From assembly GCA_963796055.1 (NCBI GenBank), contig CAWCKH010000004.1, positions 992,001 through 1,056,000 on the forward strand: a stretch of DNA of 64,000 bases. Direction: 5' to 3'. This document shows positions 25,349 to 35,586 of the stretch, in pieces. Made by a program: the position numbers and the translations under genes. The notes beneath the pieces are model-generated. The model was not told the DNA's origin. It did not search any database and was given only the letters and a program-made list of their open reading frames with translations. Source of the DNA: an uncultured delta proteobacterium. Lineage in GTDB: Bacteria; Myxococcota; Myxococcia; Myxococcales; Myxococcaceae. The stretch's first letter is position 1, and each line of letters begins with the position of its first letter.

Positions 25349-25499
25349 AACGAGGTGTCTGGCACCTCATCAAGCACCTCATCAAGGAACCTCCACCCCG
25401 GGGCCCGACAGCCCCGGCGTGGAGGTGAGGCGCAGAGTCGCACCTACATGAAGCCGCCCCCGTAACGAGGTGTCTGGCACCTCCCCCGAGGCACCTCCC
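25349..25499 (+). repeat. REP-like cores at 25349 and 25462 with trailing GCACCTC half copies
   Basis: aacgaggtgtctggcacctc; gtaacgaggtgtctggcacctc. Confidence 0.88.
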
Positions 25500-25559
25500 C
25501 CGGGAGGGCGGCGCGGGTCCGTGGGGCCTCGGACCACGCCGCGACGGCGCCCGTGCCCG

Positions 25560-26300
25560 CTAGGGATGGACCTGCGGGAACGTGTTTCCGGTGAACCAGC
25601 AGATGCCCGTCCCGGGATCCTCGCCGAACAGCGCGCCCACCTCCATGTTGCAGCTCACCGGGTAGAACGGGTTCACGCCCGAACCTGCGGCCCGTCCGTT
25701 CGCCGGATCGGCGAAGGGATTGCAGTCGGCATCCGTGCCGCACGCCGCGATCGGCGTGAGCATCAGCCCGTGGTAGCTCGCGCTGCAGGAACCGATGGTG
25801 TAGGTCGCGTCGCTCTCGGCCTGCGAGCCCTGGTACGCCGGGGCGCTCAGGAACCGGGTGTTCGACAGGGTGATCGAGCGGGGCGGGTCGGGAGGAGTCC
25901 CGTCGCTCTGCGCAGGAACCGCGTTGGCAGTGGTGAAGCTCGGCACCGTGCAGATGCCCTGAGCGTCGGGAGACGCGCCGATCTGTCCCCGGCCCACGTC
26001 ACCGGTCGACGCCGGGAAGTCCGGGTTCCCGTCGGCGTCGAGAGGCAGCATCGACTCCGCCCGGAACACCACCTCGAGCTGTTCCGCTCCGAGCTTGTCG
26101 AAGCGGATGTTGTCCGCCATCCGCGGTGGCAGCACCGTGTCGTCACAACCCGCCCCGCCGCTGACCGCGCCGGTGCGATCCATCACGAACAGGTACCCGC
26201 CGAGCCCGGGGCGCTGCACGATGCACGTCTGGTTGACCTCTCCCCCGCACGCTGCGAGCAGCACCAGGAGAGGCACCACAAGGAACGAAGGCTTGCACAT
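25560..26300 (-). CDS. mlpA: Cys-rich lipoprotein, MlpA-like
   Basis: LAAC lipobox; directly downstream of the oar-like gene, as in the M. xanthus oar-mlpA arrangement; symbol rests mainly on synteny. Confidence 0.6.
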   Translation of the reverse strand: MCKPSFLVVPLLVLLAACGGEVNQTCIVQRPGLGGYLFVMDRTGAVSGGAGCDDTVLPPRMADNIRFDKLGAEQLEVVFRAESMLPLDADGNPDFPASTGDVGRGQIGASPDAQGICTVPSFTTANAVPAQSDGTPPDPPRSITLSNTRFLSAPAYQGSQAESDATYTIGSCSASYHGLMLTPIAACGTDADCNPFADPANGRAAGSGVNPFYPVSCNMEVGALFGEDPGTGICWFTGNTFPQVHP

Positions 26301-26314
26301 GGTGTCGTCGGTCC

Positions 26315-29300
26315 TCAGAAGCTGAAGCGGGCAGTGAACCGGAAGCTGCGCACGGCCTGGTACTGCGTGGGCCGGCCCCAGTTCGGGTTGATGGCGTAGG
26401 TCTGCGGCTGCTGGTCGGGATCCGGAAGGACCACGGTCTTGAGCGTCACGCCGTTCGGTCCGGCCACGACGCCGCCTCGCGGCAGGTACCCGTTCACGCC
26501 GTACGGAGCGGGAATCGTCCCTTGCGTGCCGTTGACGATCGGCCCGGGATCACGCCCGTTGCCGGTCAGCGAAGGCAAGGTCACGTACTCCTCGTCGACC
26601 CGGATCGGGTTCTGGAAGTTGAAGAGGTTGAACCCATCGACTCCGACGGTGATCGTGCTGTCCTTGCTCAGTCGGTAGTTCAGCGCCAGCCGGGCATCGA
26701 TGCTGTGCACCCAGGGGAGCCGCCCACCCTGCCCGCGCTGGAGGATGTACACCTGACCCGGCCCGTAACCGGTCTCGTTGGACGGGCCGGTGTAGCTGAT
26801 GGGTGGTCCCGACGCGCCGGTGTAGGTGACGCCGAGCGACAGGCTCAGCACCGGAGTGATGATGAACTCCTTGGCTGCGAACACCTTGATGGTGTGGGTG
26901 ATGTCGCCGGACAGCGGCCCGTCCTGATTCACCAGGAGCTGGGCCAGGTCGAAGGTCGCGTTGATGTTGGGATCGAGCTGCCCGGTTCCGTTGACGAACA
27001 GGCCCTCGTAGTTCCCGCGCAGCTGCGACCAGGTGTAGCTGACCTGCGCCTGCCACAGGTCGCTGAAGTTCTTCGTGAACTGGAAGGTGACCGCGTGGTA
27101 CGTCCGCGTCGCCTTCGGGAACGAGGTGGCGATCCCCTCGCCCGGGTTGCCGACGAAGTAGGTGTTCCCGTTGTCCGCCGACATGTCCTCGATGGTGCGG
27201 ACCAGGTTCCGGTAGGTGTAGGAGACCCCGGCGCGCGCGTTGGGGAAGATCTCGTACTCGCCGCCGGCCACGATCTCGTCGTTGGAAGTCGGCTGGAGGT
27301 TGGGATCCACGGCGGTCTTGTCCACCGCGACGTTCCGCCACTTCACGTTGGGGCTGGCGATGCTCCTGCCGCGATTGGCGGTGGTCAGGTCGCAGCCTGC
27401 CACTCCCACGACCCGCGGGTCGCAGTCGTGGCCGGCGATGACCAGGCTCTCACCGGAGAGCGCCCGGTCGGCGATGTCGAGCGGTACTGCCTCGTAGTAC
27501 CGCCCATAGTTGGCGAAGATCTTCGAGCGGCCCTGCTGCGTCGGATCCCACACGAAGCCGATGCGGGGCGACCACTCGTTGCCGAGCTTGATCCCCAGCA
27601 ACCCGTCCTTGTCGTAGATGTACTGGCCGTCCCAGCGCAGACCGACGTTCAAGGTGACCTTGTCCAGGATGCTCCAGCTGTCCTGGACGAAGCCGCCGAT
27701 GATCACCGACTTGCTCTTCACGGTGAGGATGCCGTTCCCCGCCGTCGTGTCGATGTCCGAGAGGTACCCGAACCGGCGTGCCTCCTGGACGCCGAGCGAG
27801 TTGCCCGGCGCGACCCCGCCGGGGCCGAAGTCGAAGTACCAGGCCCCACCGCCGTAGGTCTTCAGATGCTCGTAGTAGGAGAGGCTCCCGTCGACGCCGG
27901 CCTTGATCACGTGGTGGCCCAGCGCGTTCAAGAGATAGGTGATGGTTGCCTTGCCCTGGAAGGAATCGAGTACCTGTCGCTCCAGGAAGTTGTTTCCCCC
28001 GTACAGGAGCCAGCTGGTCTGACACTTGGTGGTGCGGTCTCCCGTGCCGCACGCCTCGCGAACGCTCGCCGGGACCTGGTCCTCGAAGTCGAGCACGTTG
28101 CTGTTGTACAGCGGCGCCAGTGAGGGGATGCCAGCCAGGGTGTTGAGGTTGTGGATGTTGTCGAACCCGGCCCCATCTCCCGGCGCGCCCTCGTCGAGCT
28201 GATGATGCCAGCCGAGCCGCACGTCGAGGAGCAGCCTCTTGTCCAGGAAGCTGCTGTTCAGCTCGCCGTTCACGTCGTACGTCGTGTCGTTGGTCAGGAA
28301 GTGGTTGGAGTTGAAGGTCTGCAGGGTATAGGCGCCGAGCGGGAAGGGAGCCCGGCCGGCGAGCACGCCGGGCACCCGGACCGAGAAGGCCGAGTCGCTG
28401 CCGCCCGTGGTCGGCGTGCCGGTCACCGTGAGGCTCAGCCGGTGATCGGAGCTGATGAGGTAGGTCAGCTTCCCGATGAACTGGATCGACTTCTCGTCCG
28501 CGAACCGGCGCTGGTTGCTGTCGGGGATCGGCGAGTACGCCTGGTTCCCATCGGCATCCAGCTGACCCGGGTTCTCGATGGAGAACTGCCGGGTGTACGA
28601 ATACCGGGTGAAGCTCGGCTGGATGCCGGCGAAGAACCAGAGCTTGTCCTTGATGATGTAGCCGCCGAGCGTCGCCCCGAAGTCGCCGATGTTGTAGAGG
28701 TCGCGCGTGCCGGAGACGACCGCACCGGCGGTGGTCACCGTCTTGGCCCGGCCCTGGAGCGCCCCCGGAGTGAAGGTGCCCCACACGCTTCCGTGGAACT
28801 CGTTGCCGCCGGACTTGGTGATTCCGCTCACCGCGCCGCCGGTGGTGCGACCGTACTCCGGCATGTACCCGCCGGTGATGACGTTGACCTCGTCGAGGAA
28901 CTCCACCGTGAGCGGGGTGCCGAGGACGCCATAGGCCGGGTTGTTCACCGCCAGCCCATCGATGAGATACGAGTTCTCCGGCGAGGTCGAACCGCTGATC
29001 GAGATGCCGTACAGGTCCACCGCGGCCTGGGGAGCGGCGGTGGCGATCGAATCGAACGAGCGAACTGCGCCGCCGACGCCGCCCGCCCGGCTCAGGGCGA
29101 AGTTGCGGATGAAGTCCTGGTTGATGGTGGTGCCGACCGCGCTCGAGCCCACGTCCACCACCGGGGCCGCGCCGGTGACGGTGATGGTCTCGCCCTGGAT
29201 CGCCTCGGGGAGGATCTCCACGTTGAGCCGGAGAGTCCGGTCCGCCGCCATCTCGATCCCGGTTCGGCTGTAGGGCCGGTAGGTCTCCTTCTCGAACCGG

Positions 29301-29548
29301 AGCGTGTACGAGCCCGGCGGCAGCTGCGGGATGCGGTAGAGACCGCTGGAGTCGGTGACCACCACCTGCTCACCCTGCAGGTTGGGCGAGGTGGCGGTGA
29401 CCACCACGTCCGGAACCGGAGCCTTGCTGGACGCGTCCACCACGTTCCCGGTCAGCACCGAGGTCGCCGCCTGGGCCAGCGCCAGCGAGGGGAGCAGCAG
29501 CGCCGCGATCAGCGGCGTGCCGAGCCTTCCCACACGAATCAGTCGCAC
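26315..29548 (-). CDS. oar: Oar-like TonB-dependent outer membrane transporter
   Basis: AGGAGG RBS then GTG; carboxypeptidase-regulatory-like N domain (ATSPNLQGEQVVVTD); plug ENSYLIDG/ITGGYMPEYGRTTGG; barrel ending RFSF. Confidence 0.88.
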   Translation of the reverse strand: MRLIRVGRLGTPLIAALLLPSLALAQAATSVLTGNVVDASSKAPVPDVVVTATSPNLQGEQVVVTDSSGLYRIPQLPPGSYTLRFEKETYRPYSRTGIEMAADRTLRLNVEILPEAIQGETITVTGAAPVVDVGSSAVGTTINQDFIRNFALSRAGGVGGAVRSFDSIATAAPQAAVDLYGISISGSTSPENSYLIDGLAVNNPAYGVLGTPLTVEFLDEVNVITGGYMPEYGRTTGGAVSGITKSGGNEFHGSVWGTFTPGALQGRAKTVTTAGAVVSGTRDLYNIGDFGATLGGYIIKDKLWFFAGIQPSFTRYSYTRQFSIENPGQLDADGNQAYSPIPDSNQRRFADEKSIQFIGKLTYLISSDHRLSLTVTGTPTTGGSDSAFSVRVPGVLAGRAPFPLGAYTLQTFNSNHFLTNDTTYDVNGELNSSFLDKRLLLDVRLGWHHQLDEGAPGDGAGFDNIHNLNTLAGIPSLAPLYNSNVLDFEDQVPASVREACGTGDRTTKCQTSWLLYGGNNFLERQVLDSFQGKATITYLLNALGHHVIKAGVDGSLSYYEHLKTYGGGAWYFDFGPGGVAPGNSLGVQEARRFGYLSDIDTTAGNGILTVKSKSVIIGGFVQDSWSILDKVTLNVGLRWDGQYIYDKDGLLGIKLGNEWSPRIGFVWDPTQQGRSKIFANYGRYYEAVPLDIADRALSGESLVIAGHDCDPRVVGVAGCDLTTANRGRSIASPNVKWRNVAVDKTAVDPNLQPTSNDEIVAGGEYEIFPNARAGVSYTYRNLVRTIEDMSADNGNTYFVGNPGEGIATSFPKATRTYHAVTFQFTKNFSDLWQAQVSYTWSQLRGNYEGLFVNGTGQLDPNINATFDLAQLLVNQDGPLSGDITHTIKVFAAKEFIITPVLSLSLGVTYTGASGPPISYTGPSNETGYGPGQVYILQRGQGGRLPWVHSIDARLALNYRLSKDSTITVGVDGFNLFNFQNPIRVDEEYVTLPSLTGNGRDPGPIVNGTQGTIPAPYGVNGYLPRGGVVAGPNGVTLKTVVLPDPDQQPQTYAINPNWGRPTQYQAVRSFRFTARFSF

Positions 29549-29696
29549 GAACGTCCTCCTCCGTTTGAGCCGAAGGAGATACCGGGCCGTCACCCGCGCT
29601 TCCTTGGTGCGACCGACCGGTACGCACGCTGGTACGTACCAGTCGATGGATGGGAAGAGGCGCTCGCCTTCCGCCGCTTCGGAGCGCCGGCGGCGC

Positions 29697-30491
29697 TCAG
29701 ATCGAGGAGCGATCCTCGCCGGCGAGCACGCCCATCAGCTCCGACCGCGTGCAGACGCTCATCTTGGCGAACAGCCGGGCCAGGGTGTTCCGCACCGTGT
29801 TGGTGGAGATCCCCAGCGCCTGGCCGATCTGCTGGTTGGTCAGCCCGGAGCGAAGGTGCTGGACCACCTCGCGCTCGCGGCGGGTGAGGCGTTGCGTCGC
29901 CAGCGGCCCGTCCACCAGCTGCGCGCGCGTCCGGACACCGGTCTTGTCGAAGATGCGCACCAGCAGATTGCGCACCGCGGCCACCGACCGTCCGGTGGCC
30001 AGGGCGATCTGCGCGTTGGTGTACCCGAGCCGCACGTAGTCGATGACCTCCGACTCGCGTGCACTCAGCGCCCGCGCGGGCCCCAGGCCGGTGGGCGACG
30101 TTCCCTCGTCCGCCAGGATCAGCGTGGGGAGGAGGGACTCGAGCAGCTCCACCTCCTCGGAGGAGAACAGGCCATCGTCGCGCTCCAGGACCAGCGCCGC
30201 AGTCGGCCTTCCGGAACGCTCCAGCGCCAGTCGCAGCACACCAGGCGCACCGACCGCGTGCGGCCCCATCGACGGATCCGCGGGCCCGGGCACCTCGGTC
30301 GGCGCCTCCCCCGAGGACGGCGCGTCGTGCCAGCCTCCCCGGCTGAAGGGGACGAGGCCGCCGATCGCCTGGAGCGCGCCGCGCCGGAACGCCGCTCGGG
30401 AATCACAGCCCAGCGCCAGCAGGGTGAGCTCGTTCAGCAGCTCCAGCACGCCGACCGGGCGGCGCGGCTCGAGCAGAGCCACACCCGTCAT
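29697..30491 (-). CDS. LuxR-family regulator with two tandem HTH domains
   Basis: LSARESEV..GYTNAQIA..KTGVRTR and LTRREREV..GLTNQQIG..ISTNTVRN. Confidence 0.85.
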   Translation of the reverse strand: MTGVALLEPRRPVGVLELLNELTLLALGCDSRAAFRRGALQAIGGLVPFSRGGWHDAPSSGEAPTEVPGPADPSMGPHAVGAPGVLRLALERSGRPTAALVLERDDGLFSSEEVELLESLLPTLILADEGTSPTGLGPARALSARESEVIDYVRLGYTNAQIALATGRSVAAVRNLLVRIFDKTGVRTRAQLVDGPLATQRLTRREREVVQHLRSGLTNQQIGQALGISTNTVRNTLARLFAKMSVCTRSELMGVLAGEDRSSI

Positions 30492-30733
30492 CCGGCACTC
30501 CCTCGGCTCCCGTGTGCCGCCGGAGAGCCAGGACCCGGCGGCTTCCCACCCGTGGGAAGGTGTCCTTCACCGTGTCTGGGCAGCGGCATGGCGGACGCTC
30601 GAGGTTCGGGCGAACTGGTGCAGCGACACCTCGGGGGAACCCCGCCGCTCCCGGCGTTGCGTCTGCCGTTGGCTGTTCTGCCCGCGCGCGCGGAGGAACT
30701 GTCCCCTCCCACCCCGCCGCGGGCCCGGAGCCG

Positions 30734-31573
30734 CTACCCGGTTGCGCGCGAGGGCCCCGCGCCTTCCGTCAGCGCGCCGATCAGCTCCGAGCGGGTGGAC
30801 ACGCCCACCTTCTCGAACAGCCGGGCCAGCGTGTTCCGCACCGTGTTGGTGGAGATGCCGAGCGTCCGGCCAATCTCGCGGTTGGTGAGCCCGGCCCGCA
30901 GGCCCTGGACGATCTGGGATTCGCGAGGGGTGAGCCCCCGGGTCACCACCGGGCCGTCCACCAGCTGGGCCCGCGTTCGGACGCCGGTCTTGTCGAAGAC
31001 CCGCACCAGGAGGTTGCGCACCGCTGCCACCGACCGGCCGGTGGCCAGGGCGATCTGCGCGTTGGTGTACCCCAGACGCAGGTACTGAACGACGTCCGCC
31101 TCCCGTGGGGACAGCGCCCGCGCAGCCTGCGCGCCCGTGCCCCGGGCGGCGCCCTCGTCGGCGAGGATCAGCGTCGGAAGCAGCGTCCGGAGCCGGCTCA
31201 CCTCGTCGGCTCCGAACGCCCCCTCGTCCCTCTCGACGATCAGGGCGGCCCGCGTCCGCCCGTACCGTTCGAGATCCAGCCGCAGCTCCACGCCCCTGCC
31301 CCTCTGCTCCGGATGGCTCGCCAGCCCCGCCACGGGCGCACCGAGGCTCACCGGGCGGCGGACCGGGAACTCCACCCGGAGCTCGCCGAAGGGAGGCACC
31401 TCCTCCCAGGCGCCCCGATCGAACGGGAGCGCCCGGGCCAGCAGCCCGAGCGCGCGCGCGCGGAACTCGGCCTTCGAGGAGGCGGAGAGCGCCAGCCGGG
31501 TGAGCTGGGAGATGAGCTCGGCGGCGTCCGACGCCGTCGATGGAGCGACCACCGTGGCGTTCAGGGCGGTCAT
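30734..31573 (-). CDS. LuxR-family regulator with two tandem HTH domains (paralog of 29697-30491)
   Basis: Nearly identical YLRLGYTNAQIALATGRSVAAVRNLLVR..KTGVRTRAQLVDGP; ATG overlaps upstream stop. Confidence 0.85.
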   Translation of the reverse strand: MTALNATVVAPSTASDAAELISQLTRLALSASSKAEFRARALGLLARALPFDRGAWEEVPPFGELRVEFPVRRPVSLGAPVAGLASHPEQRGRGVELRLDLERYGRTRAALIVERDEGAFGADEVSRLRTLLPTLILADEGAARGTGAQAARALSPREADVVQYLRLGYTNAQIALATGRSVAAVRNLLVRVFDKTGVRTRAQLVDGPVVTRGLTPRESQIVQGLRAGLTNREIGRTLGISTNTVRNTLARLFEKVGVSTRSELIGALTEGAGPSRATG

Positions 31574-32256
31574 CGCGCACCTCCGGCCGCCGCCTGGACC
31601 AGCAGCCGCGAGGTCGCCAGGCCCACCAGCTCGGAGCGCGTGCCCACTCCCGTCTTCCGGTAGAGGCGCACCAGCTGGTTGCGCACCGTGGCCGGGGAGG
31701 TCCCGAGCGCCCGGGCGATGTCGTCGTTCCGGAATCCCCGGACCAGGTACGCGAAGATCTGCCGCTCGCGCGGCGACAGGGACACCCCCACCGTCTCGCC
31801 GACCTCGACCTGTCGCTCGTCGCCGAGCTGGAGCACCGGCCGGAGCTGGCCGAGGACGGACAGCTCGTCGGTGGTGAATGGACGGACCCTGGAAACCGAC
31901 AGCGCGGAGGTCGAACGCTCCCCCACCCGAAGCACACAGCACATGAGCTCACGTCCCGTCGCGGACCAGTCCCGCTCACCCGGCCCACACAGCACCCATC
32001 GCGCCGGAGGGCGCAGCCGAGCGCGGAGCTCCGCGGCCTCCTCCGACCAGAGAGACACCAGGCGTCGCTCGCTGGTGTTCCACACCGCGGCCGTCTCACC
32101 GCCGGGCGAGGGCGGCAGGCTGGCGAAGGCCGCGGCCTCCAGCGACAGCACGACCCTCAACCGCTCGACGACCCCGCGCCTGAACCCCTGCCGGCTCGGA
32201 GCCTGGCAGGCCCACTCGGCGATGTCCGAGACCAACGAGCCGACGACGAGGTTCAA
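31570..32256 (-). CDS. LuxR-family regulator, single C-terminal HTH
   Basis: LSPRERQI..GFRNDDIARALGTSPATVRNQL..KTGVGTRSEL. Confidence 0.82.
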   Translation of the reverse strand: MNLVVGSLVSDIAEWACQAPSRQGFRRGVVERLRVVLSLEAAAFASLPPSPGGETAAVWNTSERRLVSLWSEEAAELRARLRPPARWVLCGPGERDWSATGRELMCCVLRVGERSTSALSVSRVRPFTTDELSVLGQLRPVLQLGDERQVEVGETVGVSLSPRERQIFAYLVRGFRNDDIARALGTSPATVRNQLVRLYRKTGVGTRSELVGLATSRLLVQAAAGGAR

Positions 32257-32449
32257 CGCGCTTCGCGCTCGGGCCCCCCGACACGCTCCCCTCTGCCGGG
32301 GGGGCGCCCTGACTGGAACCGTAGGGCATCTGCACCACGCGGGTGAAGGCCCCTAGAACGAATGTTCTACTGTTCGTCGCCTCCTGGGCGATTCGTACCC
32401 ATCACGACTGGTGCGAACCTACCCGGTGCGGACGTGGGGCGACGGGAAC

Positions 32450-32959
32450 ATGGAGGAAGGGCACGTGCTCGCGCTTCCTCGAGAGGATCTGCTTCACTGC
32501 CTTCGAGCGCTCGGAGACCCGCTGCGGCTCCGCATCGTCGTGCTCCTCGCCCATCCGCCCGGCTCCCGCCTGGGGCCTTTGGCGGAGGGTGAGCCCGGGA
32601 TGTGCGTCTCGGACCTGCGGGCGAAGATCGGGCGCGCACACGCACTGGTCTCCCACCACATCCAGGTCCTCCGCCGGGCCGGGCTCGTCCGCCGCATCCG
32701 CCGCGGGCGCTGGTCGCTGTTGCAGCTGGAGACCGCCCGGGTCGCCGCGCTCGGACAGCAGATTTCCGCGCTGGGTGGAGAGACGATCGCCCTCCTCGGG
32801 CAGGCGGAGGCGTACCCCCCCGGGGTCCTCGGATCCGCCGCAGCGCCGGGCCACCTCCTGGGAGAAGCCGGTACGCCGGGCCACTGCCTCAGACCCACCG
32901 CTCCGTCTCCGCGCGGCGGCTCGGTCGCGACCGGAATGGCTGGCGCCCGGTCGTGGTGA
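32450..32959 (+). CDS. ArsR/SmtB-family regulator
   Basis: RALGDPLRLRIV, MCVSDL, VSHHIQVLRRAGLV..RRGRW. Confidence 0.82.
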   Translation: MEEGHVLALPREDLLHCLRALGDPLRLRIVVLLAHPPGSRLGPLAEGEPGMCVSDLRAKIGRAHALVSHHIQVLRRAGLVRRIRRGRWSLLQLETARVAALGQQISALGGETIALLGQAEAYPPGVLGSAAAPGHLLGEAGTPGHCLRPTAPSPRGGSVATGMAGARSW

Positions 32960-32998
32960 GCGCGGGCTCCAGTCCCGGGGCGCACGGCCGGCCCGGGG

Positions 32999-33631
32999 TC
33001 ACGCCGACCTGCGACGTCCGAAAGCCCGCGTCACCTCCGGGTGGGAGGCGAGGAGGTCGAGCGCGCGGGCGAGCAGCGTCTTTCCCGGCTCGGTCCGGTG
33101 CCAGGTCGACGCCCCCGACGGATGCGGCAGCGGGACGACGTCCGCCCGGTGCCCCTCGAAGACCAGGCAGTGCAAGGTGCCCACCACCTCGGCCAGCCCT
33201 CCCCGGTGCCCCATCACCTCGGCGATGGCCAGGGTGCCCACCGGCACCACCAGCCGGGGACGCATCAGCTCCACCTCGGCCCGGAGCCAGCGCCGGCAGC
33301 GCGACACCTCGCCCGGATCGGGCCGGCGATCGCCGCCCCCCGGTGCCTTCCCCGGGAAGCAGCGCGTGACCGCCGAGAGGTAAACGTGCCGCCGCACCGT
33401 CTCCTCGTCCGCCCCGAGCACCGAGCCGAACCACCCGAAGAGGGTGCGGCCGGCGGTCCAGGCGAACGGCTTTCCGAGCGACGCCTCCCTCGGCCCCGGA
33501 GCCTGCCCCACCAGGAGAATTCGCGCCGGTTGTGCGGAAGGGTGCACCGGGGTCCCCAACACCCGTGGGCAGGCGCGGCACCCGGAGAGCGCGGCGTGGA
33601 GATCCTGTAGTCGTTCCCGGGTGGTTGGCAT
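32999..33631 (-). CDS. Uracil-DNA glycosylase superfamily protein
   Basis: CRAC, LVGQAPG, TRCFPGK..GDRRP, PLPHPSGAS. Confidence 0.88.
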   Translation of the reverse strand: MPTTRERLQDLHAALSGCRACPRVLGTPVHPSAQPARILLVGQAPGPREASLGKPFAWTAGRTLFGWFGSVLGADEETVRRHVYLSAVTRCFPGKAPGGGDRRPDPGEVSRCRRWLRAEVELMRPRLVVPVGTLAIAEVMGHRGGLAEVVGTLHCLVFEGHRADVVPLPHPSGASTWHRTEPGKTLLARALDLLASHPEVTRAFGRRRSA

Positions 33632-33697
33632 GCGTCGTCGGGTTGTCCCTGGATTCGACGGAAGGGTAGCCTCGGAAGGTCGCCCCCGTCCCCAGCG

Positions 33698-35551
33698 ATG
33701 CCCGCCTCCATCGAAGCCAGCAATCCACCACTGCGGCCGGTCGCAGGGCCCCCGCACATCCCCGGTTACCGACTGGAGAAGCTGGTGGGCAAGGGCGGGA
33801 TGGGGGAGGTGCACCGTGCGGTCCAGCTGAGCCTGGGCCGCGTGGTGGCGGTGAAGATCCTCTCCGGGGAGCTGGCCGCCGACCCTACCTTCGTCGCTCG
33901 GTTCGACAAGGAGGCCGCTGCGCTGGCCACGCTCAGCCACCCCAACGTGGTGAGCATCGTCGACAAGGGGAAGGCGGAGAACACCTACTACCTGGTGATG
34001 GAGTACGTGGACGGCCCCTCGCTGCGCGAGGTGATGCGCTCGCCCCTGCTCGACATCCCCGGCGCGCTCCGGATCATCATGGAGATCGCCCGGGCCATCG
34101 ACTACGCGCACAGCCGCGGCGTGGTCCACCGCGACCTCAAGCCGGAGAACATCCTCTTCGACGAGCAGGCGGGCGGCATCGCCAAGGTGACCGACTTCGG
34201 CCTGGCCACCTTCTTCGACGACAGCAAGCTCACCAGCCGCTTCAACGTCACCGAGACCCACGTCTCGATGGGCACCCTGAGCTACATGGCGCCCGAGCAG
34301 CGGGTGGACGCGAAGAACGCCGACCACCGCGCCGACGTCTACTCGCTGGGCGTCATGCTCTACGAGCTGCTGGTGGGCGAGGTGCCGATCGGCACCTTCG
34401 ACCCGCCCAGCCAGCGCCGCCCGGGGACCGACCGGCGCCTCGACGGCATCGTCCTCCGCTGCCTCAAGCCCTCGCCCGCCGACCGCTACCAGCGCGTGGC
34501 AGATCTCATGCTGGACCTGGAGCCGTTTGCCCCGGTGTCGTTCAGCCAGGTGCCACGGAAGATCTCCCGGGTCGAGCAGCTGAAGAACCAGGTCCGGGCG
34601 GTGCTGCGCAAGACGATGCGGGTCGCCGAGGTGGCGGTGGTGGTCGCCGCGTTCGCCATCCTGGGCATCAGCTTCGCCCGGACCCGCTACCACCCGCCGC
34701 CGCGGCCGTCACCCGGGACCGCCCTCACCTCCGCCGACCTGCGTCTGGAGACCGCCACCACCTCGCCCGGCCGGATCGCCGACACCAGCAACGTGCGCCG
34801 GATGGTGCTCGGCGAGGGTCCCGACGCCATCCCGCTCATCGCCTGGGGTCGCGTCCCGGGGCTCGAGGGCCGCACGGTGCGCTTCCCCGCAAGCGCCGAC
34901 GACGTCAGCGTGGGGCGCCTCAACCTGGACCTGGTCGACCGCGACGGCATCTCCGCCCATTTCATCGCCGACGTGACCTCCACCGCGCCGCCCTCGTCCT
35001 TCTGGGCCGGCCTCCGCGAACAGCTGCTGGGGGTCTCCCGCGAGCCGCAGTCGGCGCTGGTGCTGCTCGGCAGCCCCGGGCGCTACGTGGCGGTGGTGGT
35101 CTCCGGGGACGGTGAGCCGGTGGCGTTCGAGTGGGCGCTGGGCGAGCGCCGGGGCACCATGCTCGGGCCGCCCAGTCCGCCTGGTGGCGCTGCCCACGTG
35201 AAGCTCGAGGTGGACCGGGCCGGCCAGCTGCAGGCCTTCGTCGGCACGGACATCGACCAGCGGCCGGTCGGCGAGCCGCTCTATCTGGGAACCGACTGGC
35301 GGAACAGCTTCGGCTCCCCACCCACCCCCGCGCTGGGCTGTATCGACGGAGAATGTACCTTCCGCCAGGTGGGTTACGAGATTGGCCGGGAGCCGCCGGA
35401 CCTTCCCGAGCCTCTGGTACTGACCGAACCCTCCACCCCCGGGAAGTCGAAGACGGTTGCCAAGGGGACCACCAAGCGCAAGGCACAGACCGACAAGAAG
35501 CCGGTTCCCGTGCGCCCCCCGGTGTCCACCACCCGCCACGCGAAGAAGTGA
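33698..35551 (+). CDS. Membrane-anchored Hanks-type Ser/Thr kinase
   Basis: GKGGMG, VAVK, HRDLKPEN, DFG, YMAPE, TM segment. Confidence 0.93.
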   Translation: MPASIEASNPPLRPVAGPPHIPGYRLEKLVGKGGMGEVHRAVQLSLGRVVAVKILSGELAADPTFVARFDKEAAALATLSHPNVVSIVDKGKAENTYYLVMEYVDGPSLREVMRSPLLDIPGALRIIMEIARAIDYAHSRGVVHRDLKPENILFDEQAGGIAKVTDFGLATFFDDSKLTSRFNVTETHVSMGTLSYMAPEQRVDAKNADHRADVYSLGVMLYELLVGEVPIGTFDPPSQRRPGTDRRLDGIVLRCLKPSPADRYQRVADLMLDLEPFAPVSFSQVPRKISRVEQLKNQVRAVLRKTMRVAEVAVVVAAFAILGISFARTRYHPPPRPSPGTALTSADLRLETATTSPGRIADTSNVRRMVLGEGPDAIPLIAWGRVPGLEGRTVRFPASADDVSVGRLNLDLVDRDGISAHFIADVTSTAPPSSFWAGLREQLLGVSREPQSALVLLGSPGRYVAVVVSGDGEPVAFEWALGERRGTMLGPPSPPGGAAHVKLEVDRAGQLQAFVGTDIDQRPVGEPLYLGTDWRNSFGSPPTPALGCIDGECTFRQVGYEIGREPPDLPEPLVLTEPSTPGKSKTVAKGTTKRKAQTDKKPVPVRPPVSTTRHAKK

Positions 35552-35586
35552 CCGCGGGCGGCCTCCCGGTTCACGAAAGCCACCCG

